64,000 nucleotides of DNA from an uncultured Nitrospiraceae bacterium (GCA_963727775.1 CAVSHB010000001.1:160001-224000); one strand, 5' to 3'. Positions 32,130 to 43,157 are shown, numbered from the stretch's first letter. Notes: generated by a model not told the origin, from the letters alone. A program made the numbers and translations.

Positions 32130-32419
32130 AGGTAAACAACTTCCTCAAGGATATGCTTTCCTATGTATGGTTTTAGTGCTTGCTTGGTGACAAGGTCAAC
32201 CTTAATTCCGAGTATCTGCTCAAGGTATTCCTCTAAGTCGAGAAACTCAAAAAAATCTACGGCCCTTTTGAATTCGACAAGAATATCAATATTACTTTTC
32301 TTCTTTGGTTTCCCTCTGACATAGGAACCGAAAACTCCAATGGTTTTGACTTTATATTTTGACGCAAAAATTTCCCTGTGTGCCGATAGAGTTCTTTTAA
32401 TTTCTTCGATGTCTTTCAT
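32126..32419 (-). CDS. Minimal nucleotidyltransferase (MNT antitoxin)
   Basis: FGSYVRG...SNIDILV...KVDLV; the first Asp of the DxD motif is replaced by Asn. Confidence 0.85.
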   Translation of the reverse strand: MKDIEEIKRTLSAHREIFASKYKVKTIGVFGSYVRGKPKKKSNIDILVEFKRAVDFFEFLDLEEYLEQILGIKVDLVTKQALKPYIGKHILEEVVYL

Positions 32420-32792
32420 GTTTTTGCGTATGGTTTGTAAACCTTTAAGAATTATATATTATGATTGAAGTGAATATAAAGCGCCTAATGACACCCACCT
32501 GCTACGTTACCGGGATTAACAGTAAACTGTTGATTCCCAATTATTATAAGAGTCAGTATTTTAGCGATTATAAAGGGGCGTGCTACAGGAAGCAGTGTTG
32601 CACAAATAGGGGCCTATTGTGATGATGATATTCTGCCCCGAACTAAACAGGGTATTTTCGCGATGTGCACCTACAACTAAATCGTTTCGATGATTTTAAA
32701 GAAGTGAAGATTCACAAGAGAACTATGTGACCCCCAATTGTGCTATTAAGTGAGAACAAAGTCTACAGAGTTACTCGTTTGGTAGAGAAGAA

Positions 32793-33335
32793 TCAAAAGG
32801 TAAAAAATTTATATTCATTGTGACCAACTGTTGTGTCTTGAAAGCCCGTACTCTTTCTCATCTCCCAAACACACTCAGAATATGATCTTTTCAAATCTTC
32901 TTGAGAAACTTTCCCACCACTACTGAAGTAATCCTTTTGTAACTCAATGAAGTTGTTGAACGCTTTTACAACATTGTCAGGAGCCCATAACCATGATGTT
33001 GCATAAGCATTTAGAAACCTTTCCTGGTCTACTGTTTCTGCTTTATTACCAGATATAAAAATACGCAAAGATTTAGCAATTTCTTCATATACTTGCCGTC
33101 TCTTCTCCAGTAACTGAGCTTCGACTGTTAGAAACGATTTTAATCTTTCGATGTCAGCCAGATATTGAGTTCTAATACCTTCAACCTTATGGGTTATTGC
33201 ATCGATGTCCTCTTTTTTTGCGAGGTTCTTTCCTTTCTCGCTCATATATGAAGGCAGATAATATTTAACCATCAGCCCGACTGCCAAAAGTAATACTAAA
33301 TCCAAGATAGATAGAAAAAGTGCAATAATATCCAT
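32793..33335 (-). CDS. Hypothetical protein with N-terminal TM helix
   Basis: 180-aa ORF; GAGGAG RBS; EKGKNLAKKEDI after the TM helix. Confidence 0.75.
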   Translation of the reverse strand: MDIIALFLSILDLVLLLAVGLMVKYYLPSYMSEKGKNLAKKEDIDAITHKVEGIRTQYLADIERLKSFLTVEAQLLEKRRQVYEEIAKSLRIFISGNKAETVDQERFLNAYATSWLWAPDNVVKAFNNFIELQKDYFSSGGKVSQEDLKRSYSECVWEMRKSTGFQDTTVGHNEYKFFTF

Positions 33336-33377
33336 ATTTATTGTTCTCCTCTGTTTTCACCTAACCTTTATTAACTC

Positions 33378-34355
33378 TTATTTATTACTCTTACCGATGT
33401 TACACTTAGAACAAAGCGTTCTCAAATTCTCCGATACTGTTTTGCCTCCTTTTGAGAATGGAATAATATGGTCGACGTGCAGTTGGCACCCAAGGTCTGA
33501 GGCTGGACTTACCCCACAAACAACACATCGAAATCTATCTCTGCTTAGAACATCATATCGTAACCCTATACTAATAGAGCGCTTTTCTTCAACTCGATGC
33601 TGTGTTGATCTCCTAAATCCACCAGGGGGCTTCTGATGCTTCTTCGATTTATCTGACTCAACTTGTGCTCCCGTGATGTCTGTTTTCTCAGTGTCTGAAT
33701 TCACTCTATCAATGAAAGCAATCAGTGCTTTTTTCCAAGTGCGCCATTTGGCTTCGTACGCTTTGGCGGAAATCTTAGACGGTGCACGATCCATTTCCCC
33801 ATAAGTTGGCTGACGACCATAATGAGTCCAGACAGTCAAAAGATTTTCGAAGTAATCATCATCTGAATAACGCTTGCCTCGATTCGATATAACCAAACCT
33901 GCTTGATTCATTGCAGACCACCAAGAACCAAATCGTCTTCTAATCGTCTCCGGATGAATAGATGAGTATTTATTGAATTGTTCCATAGTGTAAGTGGATA
34001 CGCCAAGTTTTTGAGCAATACTGCGCAGTTCTAAAATCATTTGATCATCAGTATAGGAGCGGAATTCCTTAAGCTTTTTCTTGGAAACAGGTGAACCACT
34101 GTAACGATGACCAAGTCCGGATTGATTCAATGCTTCCTTCCAATTACCGAATCGCTTAAGAACTGTCGAATAAGAAACCTTAGAATACTTGTTAAAGGCT
34201 TCATACGAGATAATGTGCGTGTCGATTAATTCAGCAACACGCTGTATCTCAGCAATAATGCTATCCTTGTCTGTGCTGACTAATCTTCTTAATTCAAAAT
34301 TGACCAAGCTAATTCGTTTTCCTTGTAAAATTAATGATCGAATTCCTGAGCGCAA
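33378..34355 (-). CDS. HNH endonuclease with three N-terminal homing-endonuclease-associated-like repeats
   Basis: Repeats RFGNWKEAL / RFGSWWSAM / KWRTWKKAL; C-terminal CVVCG...LHVDHIIP...GG...NLRTLCSKCN. Confidence 0.85.
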   Translation of the reverse strand: MRSGIRSLILQGKRISLVNFELRRLVSTDKDSIIAEIQRVAELIDTHIISYEAFNKYSKVSYSTVLKRFGNWKEALNQSGLGHRYSGSPVSKKKLKEFRSYTDDQMILELRSIAQKLGVSTYTMEQFNKYSSIHPETIRRRFGSWWSAMNQAGLVISNRGKRYSDDDYFENLLTVWTHYGRQPTYGEMDRAPSKISAKAYEAKWRTWKKALIAFIDRVNSDTEKTDITGAQVESDKSKKHQKPPGGFRRSTQHRVEEKRSISIGLRYDVLSRDRFRCVVCGVSPASDLGCQLHVDHIIPFSKGGKTVSENLRTLCSKCNIGKSNK

Positions 34356-35243
34356 ATCTCATATGACGTTCAAGACAAAGACACGCACATAAGCAGCTCA
34401 GTGCTGTTCTTATCTCTTTTTCTATACCACCGTTAAGGCATTTTATCTATTATCAGCGCCCCCAACCCGGCTGAACCGGGACTGCGGCATAAAGAAACAT
34501 GCGGCGTGCTGCGCTTTTGTGGCAAGCTATAATACCGCGCCGGCAAGACCGAGTTCACCAATGGTGCTCACTTGCCCGTTTATCAGCGTGGTCCTGGGTC
34601 ACGTCTGCGACATTGGTGAGTGCGACTATGGCCGCACATCCCGTTTGAGAGAATGATCAGAGATGACGTACCACAATGGTTCATAAAAATATTCTACCAA
34701 TCCACGTGCAAAATATCCTGACTTTGTTTATACCGGTAACCAAGGCAGCTGGCGAGACGTTCTGGGTATCAGTTATCAAGTGAAGCAAGAATTTGAAATG
34801 ATATTCAACAATATTGCAAATACCATTAATGGAATGTAGAGTGTCCACAAAACAGATGATTAACGGACACCTAAATGTTATGCCGCGAATCCACATTCAT
34901 CAAGCAATCCGGCCCTGAAAATCAAGAGGGTTTTATGGACAAGGACTTTTAAAACTGAGAGCACTGGCGATCTGAAGGTTACTGAATCAATTCCACAATT
35001 CGCCATCACTGCGTAAGATGCAGCGTTCACCTACGAACAAACGTTTTCAGCTGTGCCGAAGTTTTAATGAATTCTTCATCAAATTTGTACTTCTGACATT
35101 TTTCATCAAGTGTGGAGTATTCTTGAAAATGCGCGAACTCAAGCGTGGTTGGATTTCGAACTGTGTCTATAGTTGCACTATTGGATACATCTTGCACATG
35201 ATAGATGCTAAATTACAAGATCATCTCGATTGACTTCCGGCAT

Positions 35244-35577
35244 TCACTTCCCCAGAACTTCTCTTATTTTTCTCAAAAGCTTAGTCGGTGAAGCAGGTTT
35301 TTCAATATAGGCTAACTCCTTTTCAAGAATCTCATGTGTTTGAATAATATCCGCCGGATATCCACTCATAAACAGCACCTTGATATCAGGGCTTATTTGC
35401 TTGATCTCATCATACGCCTCTTTGCCGTTCTTGTTCGGCATTATTACATCAAGGAGTACAAACTGAATTTCATTCTTATTTACCTTAAATTTATTTATTG
35501 CATCCTGACCATCTATTGCCTCTATTACCTGATAACCATTTTCTTCAAGTAAATGCTTTGTGAATTCCCTCACCTCT
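35244..35577 (-). pseudogene. Receiver domain (3' part) of IS21-interrupted hybrid kinase
   Basis: LLDVIMP, FMSGY and EKP motifs; joins in frame to 38417 when the IS is removed (EDETEV|REFTK). Confidence 0.9.
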
Positions 35578-35733
35578 TGTGGGCGCCGCTCGAAAGGAAC
35601 CGAATATGGCGGCGGCGGATGCCTGCTGTAGCTGGTCAGGGCGCAATCCAGCGTGGAACGCCCTGCGCCGAGGCGAGTTATCTCTAATCAGTTGTAACCC
35701 TGATTCGGAACTTTCGTTATTATTCTACCCAGC

Positions 35734-36411
35734 TTACTGCCTATTTCTATAGGACCTTCCTTCGAAGGTGATGAACTTTCCGTTCATGCTGAGCCGATCA
35801 AGAATCGCCGATGCAGTCACGGTATCAAACACCTTCCCCCAGTTTGACGGTACAAGGTTGGTGGTGACGATGGTCGTGCCCACTTCCGCCCTTTTTGAGA
35901 TTATCTGGAAGATGCAGTCTGCCTGTTCTTTGCTCGGGATCACATAGCCGATCTCATCCAGACACCAAACGGCTGCCCGCGCGTGGTATTCGATGAAGCT
36001 GTAGATGCTCTTGGCCTTCGCCATTTTGGCGGTGAGGTCAAACAAGGTAAGAAAGACCGTCTGACAGCCTTTGGTAAGGGCATCATGGCACAGTGCGGTT
36101 GCGACATGGGTTTTACCGACACCGGCCGGGCCTATGAGCACAAGGTTGCTGGGTTTCTTAAGCCACTGGGTGTTCATGTATTCTATGATCTTGTCCCTTG
36201 GTATCTTTGGATTATATTTCCAGTCGAAGTCATCGAGGATCTTTGTTCTCTTGATGCCGGACATGTTCATGAGGTACTGGATCCTTTTTAACTCCTTTCG
36301 ATGATACTCCTCGGTGAGGAACTTCAACATAAACTCCTTTTGTTCTTTTGAAAGAGCTTCAAGATCCGCAAGGAGCCTGAAGTGCCTCCACAGCTCAGAT
36401 AAGTTCATCAT
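35734..36411 (-). CDS. istB: IS21 helper ATPase
   Basis: GPAGVGKT, LDEIGY, TTN and SAILDRL...EGRSYR motifs. Confidence 0.93.
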   Translation of the reverse strand: MMNLSELWRHFRLLADLEALSKEQKEFMLKFLTEEYHRKELKRIQYLMNMSGIKRTKILDDFDWKYNPKIPRDKIIEYMNTQWLKKPSNLVLIGPAGVGKTHVATALCHDALTKGCQTVFLTLFDLTAKMAKAKSIYSFIEYHARAAVWCLDEIGYVIPSKEQADCIFQIISKRAEVGTTIVTTNLVPSNWGKVFDTVTASAILDRLSMNGKFITFEGRSYRNRQ

Positions 36412-37807
36412 AATCGCTCAGTTGCCTCCCTTCATATGAGATATGTAACAGCCCCGGGTTCTGGGGATGCACGGGATTGTCCTGATTGCCCGCCGGACCC
36501 AGAAGCCCCTGGATATAGGTCACTCTATAGGTATCGATGCTTATGGCGGCCTTGACCGCCGATATCAGTGTCTCCCTGGCTATGCCTTTAAGAAGTTTGA
36601 ACAGTTCGTAAGCAACCTCAAGAGGATCCTGTCCCTCTTGTTCAGCGCGGTTGAGGAAGTGTTCGATGTTTTTGTCCATGGACTTCAGAAGCTGGTGCAT
36701 CCTTTTGTATTTATAGTGGGGAGTGATATTGAGAAGTTTCTCGCGGTGAGAAGGATGTTCTATCTTTTGTTTTCTGTCGAATACCCGTTTGTGCGTCGCT
36801 ATCTTTCTGCCATGCACCGCTATTTCTATGTGCTGAGGATACCCAAAGATGTCGCAGGGCATATCTCCGTACTGGGATGGCACTGAGTAGCGGTTGGTGT
36901 CGAACTCCACAAAGCACGTCTTGTTGATGGATGCCGGCTCCTGTCTGTAAGGCAGGTAATGGATTTGGGGGAGAGCTATGAGTCTCTCCTGCTTTAACGC
37001 CTCAACAGGAGGCATTCCCGTGGATCGGTGAATCCTGGCATTTCTCTGTATGCGCCAGAGGCCGAATCTTTTATTAAGATCGTCGATATCGGCGAAGGTA
37101 TTGATGACGAGGAAGCTTTCAATGTCTCTGATGACCCGCTCAACCCTGCCTTTCTCATTAGGCTTGCCAGGATTGCAGGCACGGATAGAGAAATTATAGT
37201 GCCGTGCAAAGTCCAAAAAACGAGCATTGTAAGTTATCTCCGGTTTTCTCTTTATGACTACGGACTTGAGATTGTCATAAGCATGTCTGTTGGCGACACC
37301 TCCTATTTCTTTGAAGGCCTCAATATGGCCGTCCAGGAAAAACTCCATAGAGCTCCTCAGATAGAAGTGAGCGTAAAGGTACCGCGAATAGGACAGGATG
37401 TAGCCGAACCCGTAGACTACCCCGAAAGGCATGCTCCTCTGCATCCAATCAACCTGCGATTCTTCCCCTGGAAGAAACTCCAGCGCATGGAAGGAGTTGC
37501 CCTTCCGCTTCTTTCTTAATGGGAGCGTGTAATCCTTCACCGCCGTATACCCTCCCTCATACCCGTAGCCCTTCAGCCGCTCCATTACCTGTATGGCCTG
37601 CAGAAACGGATATTCCGTGTACCACTGCTGAATTAACCGCGCATAGGGCGCCAGGATGTTACCGGAGGATCTTCTCCTGGTGTCGTCTTGCCGAATGAGG
37701 CGGGTAACCTTTTTTCTCGATATGCCCAGCTTCGTCGCTACCTGATTCAGGCTCAACCCTTCAACCTGATATAGGTGCCGCGCCCGGTTTTGAAGCGATT
37801 CTTGCAT
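36395..37807 (-). CDS. istA: IS21 transposase
   Basis: N-terminal HTH, PGEESQVDW, YDNLKS, EKGRVER and NRYSVP motifs. Confidence 0.94.
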   Translation of the reverse strand: MQESLQNRARHLYQVEGLSLNQVATKLGISRKKVTRLIRQDDTRRRSSGNILAPYARLIQQWYTEYPFLQAIQVMERLKGYGYEGGYTAVKDYTLPLRKKRKGNSFHALEFLPGEESQVDWMQRSMPFGVVYGFGYILSYSRYLYAHFYLRSSMEFFLDGHIEAFKEIGGVANRHAYDNLKSVVIKRKPEITYNARFLDFARHYNFSIRACNPGKPNEKGRVERVIRDIESFLVINTFADIDDLNKRFGLWRIQRNARIHRSTGMPPVEALKQERLIALPQIHYLPYRQEPASINKTCFVEFDTNRYSVPSQYGDMPCDIFGYPQHIEIAVHGRKIATHKRVFDRKQKIEHPSHREKLLNITPHYKYKRMHQLLKSMDKNIEHFLNRAEQEGQDPLEVAYELFKLLKGIARETLISAVKAAISIDTYRVTYIQGLLGPAGNQDNPVHPQNPGLLHISYEGRQLSDYDELI

Positions 37808-37868
37808 TGATGGATCATCTCCTTCCCTGATGTGATGATCCAGTTTACCTCAGCGCCGATTACGAGTC

Positions 37869-38023
37869 CATTTCGTCTTTTATCATGGCCCATAGGCCGC
37901 AAACGTATGACTATCAAGCCTTCGCAGTCGTATCTCGTCTTTTATCATCCCTTTAATGCCACCCGGTATCAGCAAAACCAGTTCCTGTAAAGGCTTTGAA
38001 GGGGGTATCTCGTCTTTTATCAT
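37869..38023. repeat. Three direct repeats, core TCGTCTTTTATCAT
   Basis: GTATCTCGTCTTTTATCAT at 37930-37948 and 38005-38023; related CATTTCGTCTTTTATCAT at 37869-37886. Confidence 0.85.
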
Positions 38024-38251
38024 TTGTCGCGGCAAGGGAGACACATGTAGCTCTTTGCGTCGCTGCCGCCAGGGTTTGACATAGTCGAGATACAGGTTAT
38101 TGAAATACTCAGGATTATTTTGGCGCCACCGCTGCTGGGACTGGTTCTTTCTTGCCCGCTTGCATTGCTTTCGCTGACAGACTTTCTGCCTCGCTCCGAT
38201 CCGTTTATCAGGCGTGAAATACCGCCCACAGTGCATGCATCTCTTTACCAA
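37883..38251 (-). CDS. IS21 passenger: small basic Cys4 (putative zinc-finger) protein
   Basis: CMHC...CQRKQC; GGAGG RBS; lies inside the IS ends. Confidence 0.7.
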   Translation of the reverse strand: MVKRCMHCGRYFTPDKRIGARQKVCQRKQCKRARKNQSQQRWRQNNPEYFNNLYLDYVKPWRQRRKELHVSPLPRQMIKDEIPPSKPLQELVLLIPGGIKGMIKDEIRLRRLDSHTFAAYGP

Positions 38252-38416
38252 TGATTACCTCCAACTACTTTGTTGTAGGTATCATTGTATGTAAAGGTGG
38301 GTCTCTAAGGTGGGTTCTTCAGTCTACTCATTAATTCTAACTGCAATCTTCAGGCTGGCTCCATCAGCGACGCTTTCGGTTCCTCCGTTACCAGTTCTTT
38401 TACTCCGCCGCCCACA

Positions 38417-41400
38417 CCTCTGTTTCGTCCTCTGCCAACAGCACTGTCTCTGTGCCTTTTTCAACAGGTTGTCTAACTTCAGGTTTTATCTCTTCTGCTT
38501 TTCCCTGTATCAACGGCAAATATATCTTGAATGTGGTACCTTTTCCCGGTTCACTGTAAACATTGATATATCCTTCGTTCTGTTTGATGATACCGTATAC
38601 CATGGCAAGCCCCAGTCCTGTCCCTTTTCCGACTTCTTTTGTCGTGAAGAAGGGCTCAAAAATCTTCTCCCTTGTCTCTCTGTCTATACCGATGCCTGTA
38701 TCTGTAAACGATATAAGAGCATATTTCCCTTCCTTTCCAAAGCCGTGCTCTCTTATGAATTCATGATCAATATCTAAGGTTTCTGTCTTGATAGTCAAAA
38801 GACCCCCTCCGGGCATTGCGTCCTTTGCATTGGTTGCAAGGTTCATCAATACCTGCTCTATCTGCCCGGGGTCTACCATAACAATCACGGCGTTCTCTGA
38901 GAGTGTAGTTTGTAATCGGATATCTTCCCCGATAATCCTTGATAGCAAATGATCTATTCTTCTGATAATCTCATTTAGATCTACCGGTCTTGGATTCATT
39001 ATCTGTTTCCTGCTGAAGGCAACAAGGCTTTTTGTCAAATTAGCTGCTTTGTCTGATAGGGAAAGGATGTGATCGGCATAACTCCTTAAAGGGTCTTCTT
39101 CCTTTAGTTTTATTTTCAGCAGGTGACCATATCCTATCATCGCTGTGAGGATGTTATTGAAGTCGTGGGCAATGCCGCCTGCAAGCTGACCTACTGCCTC
39201 CATTTTCTGGGCCTGTAGAAGCTGGGCATGCAGTTTCTCTTTTTCCTCTTCTATCTTTTTGCGCACAATGATCCCAGCCAGGGTATCGGCAACAGCAAGA
39301 AGGAATTCTTCCTCTCTTTTGTTTCTGATGTGTCCTTTTTTCAAATAGATATTCAGCACCCCCAGCGTCTTTCCGCCAAACAGGATAGGTACGGAGTAAT
39401 GACCGTGAGGGATCATCCCTTCGTAGCATATTTCATGACGTTCATCGATGTCGTTGGCAAACTCAATTTTTTGAGTCAACGCCGCCTTTCCGCAAAGGCA
39501 TTGACCGAAAAAAACTCGCGGACATAGTTTTTTCAGCGGTTCGGGAAGATTGTTTTGGGCTTTCATCATCAGGACATCAGCGTCATCCTCGACAAGTGAT
39601 ATGCTTCCAATTGCGTCAAAGGCAATCCAGGGGACTGCAAGTATCATATTCAATGCCTTCTGTAAGATTTCTTCAAATGGTATATTTTCCAGTGATTCGC
39701 TCAGAATCATGTTGATCGTAGCCTCGGTAAAGTAGGCATCTTGAAGCTCTACGTCCGATAACCGCAGCGCCTCTTCTGCTTTTTTGCGCTCGATTTCCCT
39801 TTCAGCAAACTCCAGAGCATAGGAAATATCCATTGCCATTTCGTCAAGCAGTTTAATCTCTTCCTCGTCGAAGAAATGCGGTTCGCCGGCATACAAATTT
39901 ACCGTCCCACGTATACCGCCCAACGTACTCAGAGGGAAAGACACAGAGGAACGGAATCCGAGATCGAGCGCAATCTTCTGACAAGGAGCCAAGTCCTTAT
40001 CCTGCCCGATAACATTGCAGACAACGTGCTCTCCTTTGCGCAGAGCCATGTCAATAGGACAATAGCTCCGGGGTTCGTCCTTCAGGGAGATATTGATCCT
40101 TTCCAAATAGCCTTCTGATTTGCCGGCAGACGCTACGGGCTGAATCCTTTGGGTCGAATCGTCGAGAAGTCCGATCCACGCCAAAGAAAAATTGCCTTTT
40201 TCGACAGCAATGCGACAGGCTTGCTTAAAAAGTTCCTGCGGCTCACGGATGCGCACGATGGCTTGGTTGATGTCACTCAGTAGGGCGAGGGTACGGTTCA
40301 ATTTATGAATGCGTTCTTCTGCTTGTTTGCGCTCGGTGATATCCCTGACTATGCTCTGATAATATTTATTCCCATCAATCTGAATAATCCTTGAACTGAC
40401 TTCTATTGGAAATGTTGTCCCATCCTTTCTCTGATGCATAGTCTCAAACACAAGACCGTTATGCTCTTCCACTTCTTTCATCTGTCCATTAAGGAGCACT
40501 CTGGTTTCGGATGATCGCAAATCTTTAAGGTTCATTTGCATCAATTCATCATAGCTGTATCCATAAGCGGCGACTGCCCGTTCATTAAAATCCGTTATCC
40601 GCCCATCTCTGTCTGCAAGCAGAATAATGTCATTAGCATGTTCTGTAAGGTGTTCATAACGTTGTGCGTACATCTGCCGTTCGTATTCGATTTCGTATTG
40701 CTTTTTGTATGATTCGGCAGTCTGATGTTTCCAGATAAAACCGATACCTGTACCTGAACCTGCAATTAATACAAATACAAAAATTGTGATGAGCCAGAGA
40801 CTTTTCCGAATAGGTGCATAGATTTCCTCTTTATTAATCTTTGCTACCAGATACCAAGGTGAATCCGGAACAGATTTTACAGTGGCAAGTATTGGGACCC
40901 CTATATAGTCTGTACCGTCAACTACTCCCCGGATTCCCCTCATAGCCATAGCTGGAGGAAGGGTTGGTTCATTTATTGAAAAACGCAGGTTCAGGGCAGT
41001 GTCTTTCTTGTTCCGGAGTTCATTAAGAAAAACAACCTCATTACCATCGCGACGGAATAACACTGTTTCCGCCGTCTTGCTCGGAGTAGGCCATGACTGA
41101 ATCAGAGGATAAAGGAAAAGGTACGGATCGATCCTCAGGAGAATAACCCCTACCGGAACGGAATTGCGGTTACGTGTAACATAGAGCGGGACACTAAGCG
41201 TAAAGCGGATTTCATTTTTAACCTTGCTCCGGTAAAGATCCGAGAAAATGACTTTTCTGGCGCTTAATGCTTCAGCTGTTAATCTTTTTGCATCAGGGCC
41301 GATAAGTTCTTTTCCGATTGGGTGCGCCAATTGTATTTTTCCGTTCGGATCAAGGAGGATGATGCTCTTATAATGATATTGTTCCTGTAACGACTTCATC

Positions 41401-41726
41401 CAGATGAGAATCTTCTCTTTTATCTCAGGCGATCCATTGTTCAGCCATTGTTGAATATGAGGGATAATTAAGGGATTATTATAGATATTCTCCGCATCTG
41501 CAAATCTCTCTTCACGCCAGTTTGCGATCTGTTTGACCTTCAGGTCAGCTATGGACGATAGATTATTCCCTGTTTCTTTTCTTAAGTGTTCTTTCTGCTG
41601 CGCATAATACAGATATCCTGAAATCCCAATCCCTGTTGCTAAAAGAAGGAATATTATGAGTAGGTGGAATGGAAATTTTTGTCGTATGGTTTCAATGGGC
41701 ATAGTTTGTTCCTCTCTTCTTAACAT
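38417..41726 (-). pseudogene. Hybrid sensor kinase (TM, periplasmic sensor, PAS, two GAF, HisKA, HATPase), split from its receiver by IS21
   Basis: PAS (RKDGTTFPIEV), two GAF-like regions, AGGIAHDFNN and [15 protein letters not shown] motifs. Reconstructed length 1212 aa. Confidence 0.88.
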
Positions 41727-41931
41727 CTACAGTTTTCGATAAATGAGGTCATTAAAGGAACTTTACTATAAGGCGAGTGAAGTGAGTGAATATAAATTTC
41801 CTGCAAGGTCAATATTGCCTCCATTGATACCTATAGAAACATGAACATTTATTTTAATTATACTATCTATAAAAAATACTGCAACATAATTCTATTTCCA
41901 AGATGGTGGGCAGTACTTAAACAGGGGATAA

Positions 41932-41997
41932 GTGCTAAAACTCACGGTATCCGACATCTCCCTAAGGAAGGTGATGATTTACGAACCGAGGTCTGGC
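41932..41997 (+). pseudogene. Tyrosine integrase fragment (just after the catalytic Arg box)
   Basis: VLKLTVSDISLRKVMIYEPRSG resembles the E-V-L-x-L...D...K region of tyrosine recombinases. Confidence 0.4.
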
Positions 41998-42089
41998 TGT
42001 GCGTTTAAGCGACTACATCGTCAGCAGAAACATGGCACGAAAACGCCCTCAAACATTTGAAGAGGATTATCGCCAACGTTCCCTATATA

Positions 42090-42575
42090 TTATTCAATCA
42101 TTACTTTTTTCTCTTTCTTCTTAGCTTCCTCGGTCTTTGGTATTCTTATCTCCAGTACCCCATCTTTAAATTTTGCAGATGCCTTTTCAGTCTGGACCTC
42201 TGAGGGAAGACTGAATGAACGTTTGAAAGAGCCATAGGAGCGCTCAAGACTGTAATAATCCTTTTTTTCAATCTTTTCCTCTTTCTTCTTCTCTCCAGAA
42301 ATGGTTATGGTATCTTTAGTCAGACTTACATCAATATCTTCTTTTTTCATTCCCGGCAGTTCTGCCTTTACCAGTATATCATCGCCTTCTTTCAATATAT
42401 CCACAGATGGAACAAGTTCTTCTACTTCAGGCATCCTCACCCGTGACAGCCAAGATGGCATCGATGAAAATGGTCTTCTGAAAAAATCTTCAAACCTTTT
42501 TTCCATCTCCTTAAAAGGTGATAGAGCTTTTGTTGATTCAACCTTCGCCAATTCTTTTTTTTCTTCCTTTGCCAT
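42090..42575 (-). CDS. Hsp20 small heat-shock protein
   Basis: PSVDI, AELPGMKKEDI, ERSYGSFKRSF and DGVLEI motifs. Confidence 0.95.
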   Translation of the reverse strand: MAKEEKKELAKVESTKALSPFKEMEKRFEDFFRRPFSSMPSWLSRVRMPEVEELVPSVDILKEGDDILVKAELPGMKKEDIDVSLTKDTITISGEKKKEEKIEKKDYYSLERSYGSFKRSFSLPSEVQTEKASAKFKDGVLEIRIPKTEEAKKKEKKVMIE

Positions 42576-42650
42576 AATACACCTCCTGTTGTTTCTAAGA
42601 TTGCTTTTTTGCAGAGAACTTTACTGAATGTCTATTGTCAGAACTATTCT

Positions 42651-42887
42651 TCAGTTCTTCTTCCTTTTTGTTTCAGCTTTATCGATATTTCTTTTTGTTG
42701 TCGATTCCTTTTTCTTTCTTGGAGGAGAAGAAGGAAATGATTCTGCTTCGAGTTTTTCTTCTCCTTTGGATCGTGCGATTACAATACCCTCAGCTTCAAG
42801 CCAGTCGTCGAGATCATAGCCTTCTGCTTTCCCTCTTTTCTCATAAAGTTCATATGCTACTTTCTTTATTTCGTTATGCAAATTCAT
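42651..42887 (-). CDS. DUF2934-like small protein with Lys-rich tail
   Basis: IKKVAYELYEKRG...DDWLEAE pattern. Confidence 0.8.
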   Translation of the reverse strand: MNLHNEIKKVAYELYEKRGKAEGYDLDDWLEAEGIVIARSKGEEKLEAESFPSSPPRKKKESTTKRNIDKAETKRKKN

Positions 42888-43157
42888 TTTGTACCTCCAA
42901 TAAGGATATTAATACAAAAGAGCCACTTACAAAAGTCATAAAATGAGAATAATCGATTGAGGTTCAAAAGGACTTTGATTCTGTTAAAATTGTCAACAAA
43001 CAAAAAGAATAGAGTTAATGAACCTCAAATAAACGCGATCACAGTTGAAGACTAAACACAAGTTCAGTCCAGTGTGTATATAAGTTGCGATCTTTTTCGA
43101 CAAGTTACACGTTTCACAAGGCATGCCATAGAAATTAATACAAGATAATTTTTTACC

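Larger units (their letters stand above)
35578..38416 (-). mobile_element. IS21-family element (2839 bp) with a passenger gene
   Basis: TGTGGGCG...CGCCCACA ends; 5-bp TSD CCTCT (35573-35577 and 38417-38421); contains istA, istB and an upstream ORF. Confidence 0.92.

Noticed and set aside
34500..35240. Short ORFs 34681-34896 and 35018-35233
   Set aside because: No recognisable motifs or RBS; probably degraded gene debris.
37869..38023. Possible mini CRISPR array
   Set aside because: Only three 14-19 bp repeats, unevenly spaced, inside an ORF within an IS; no cas genes.
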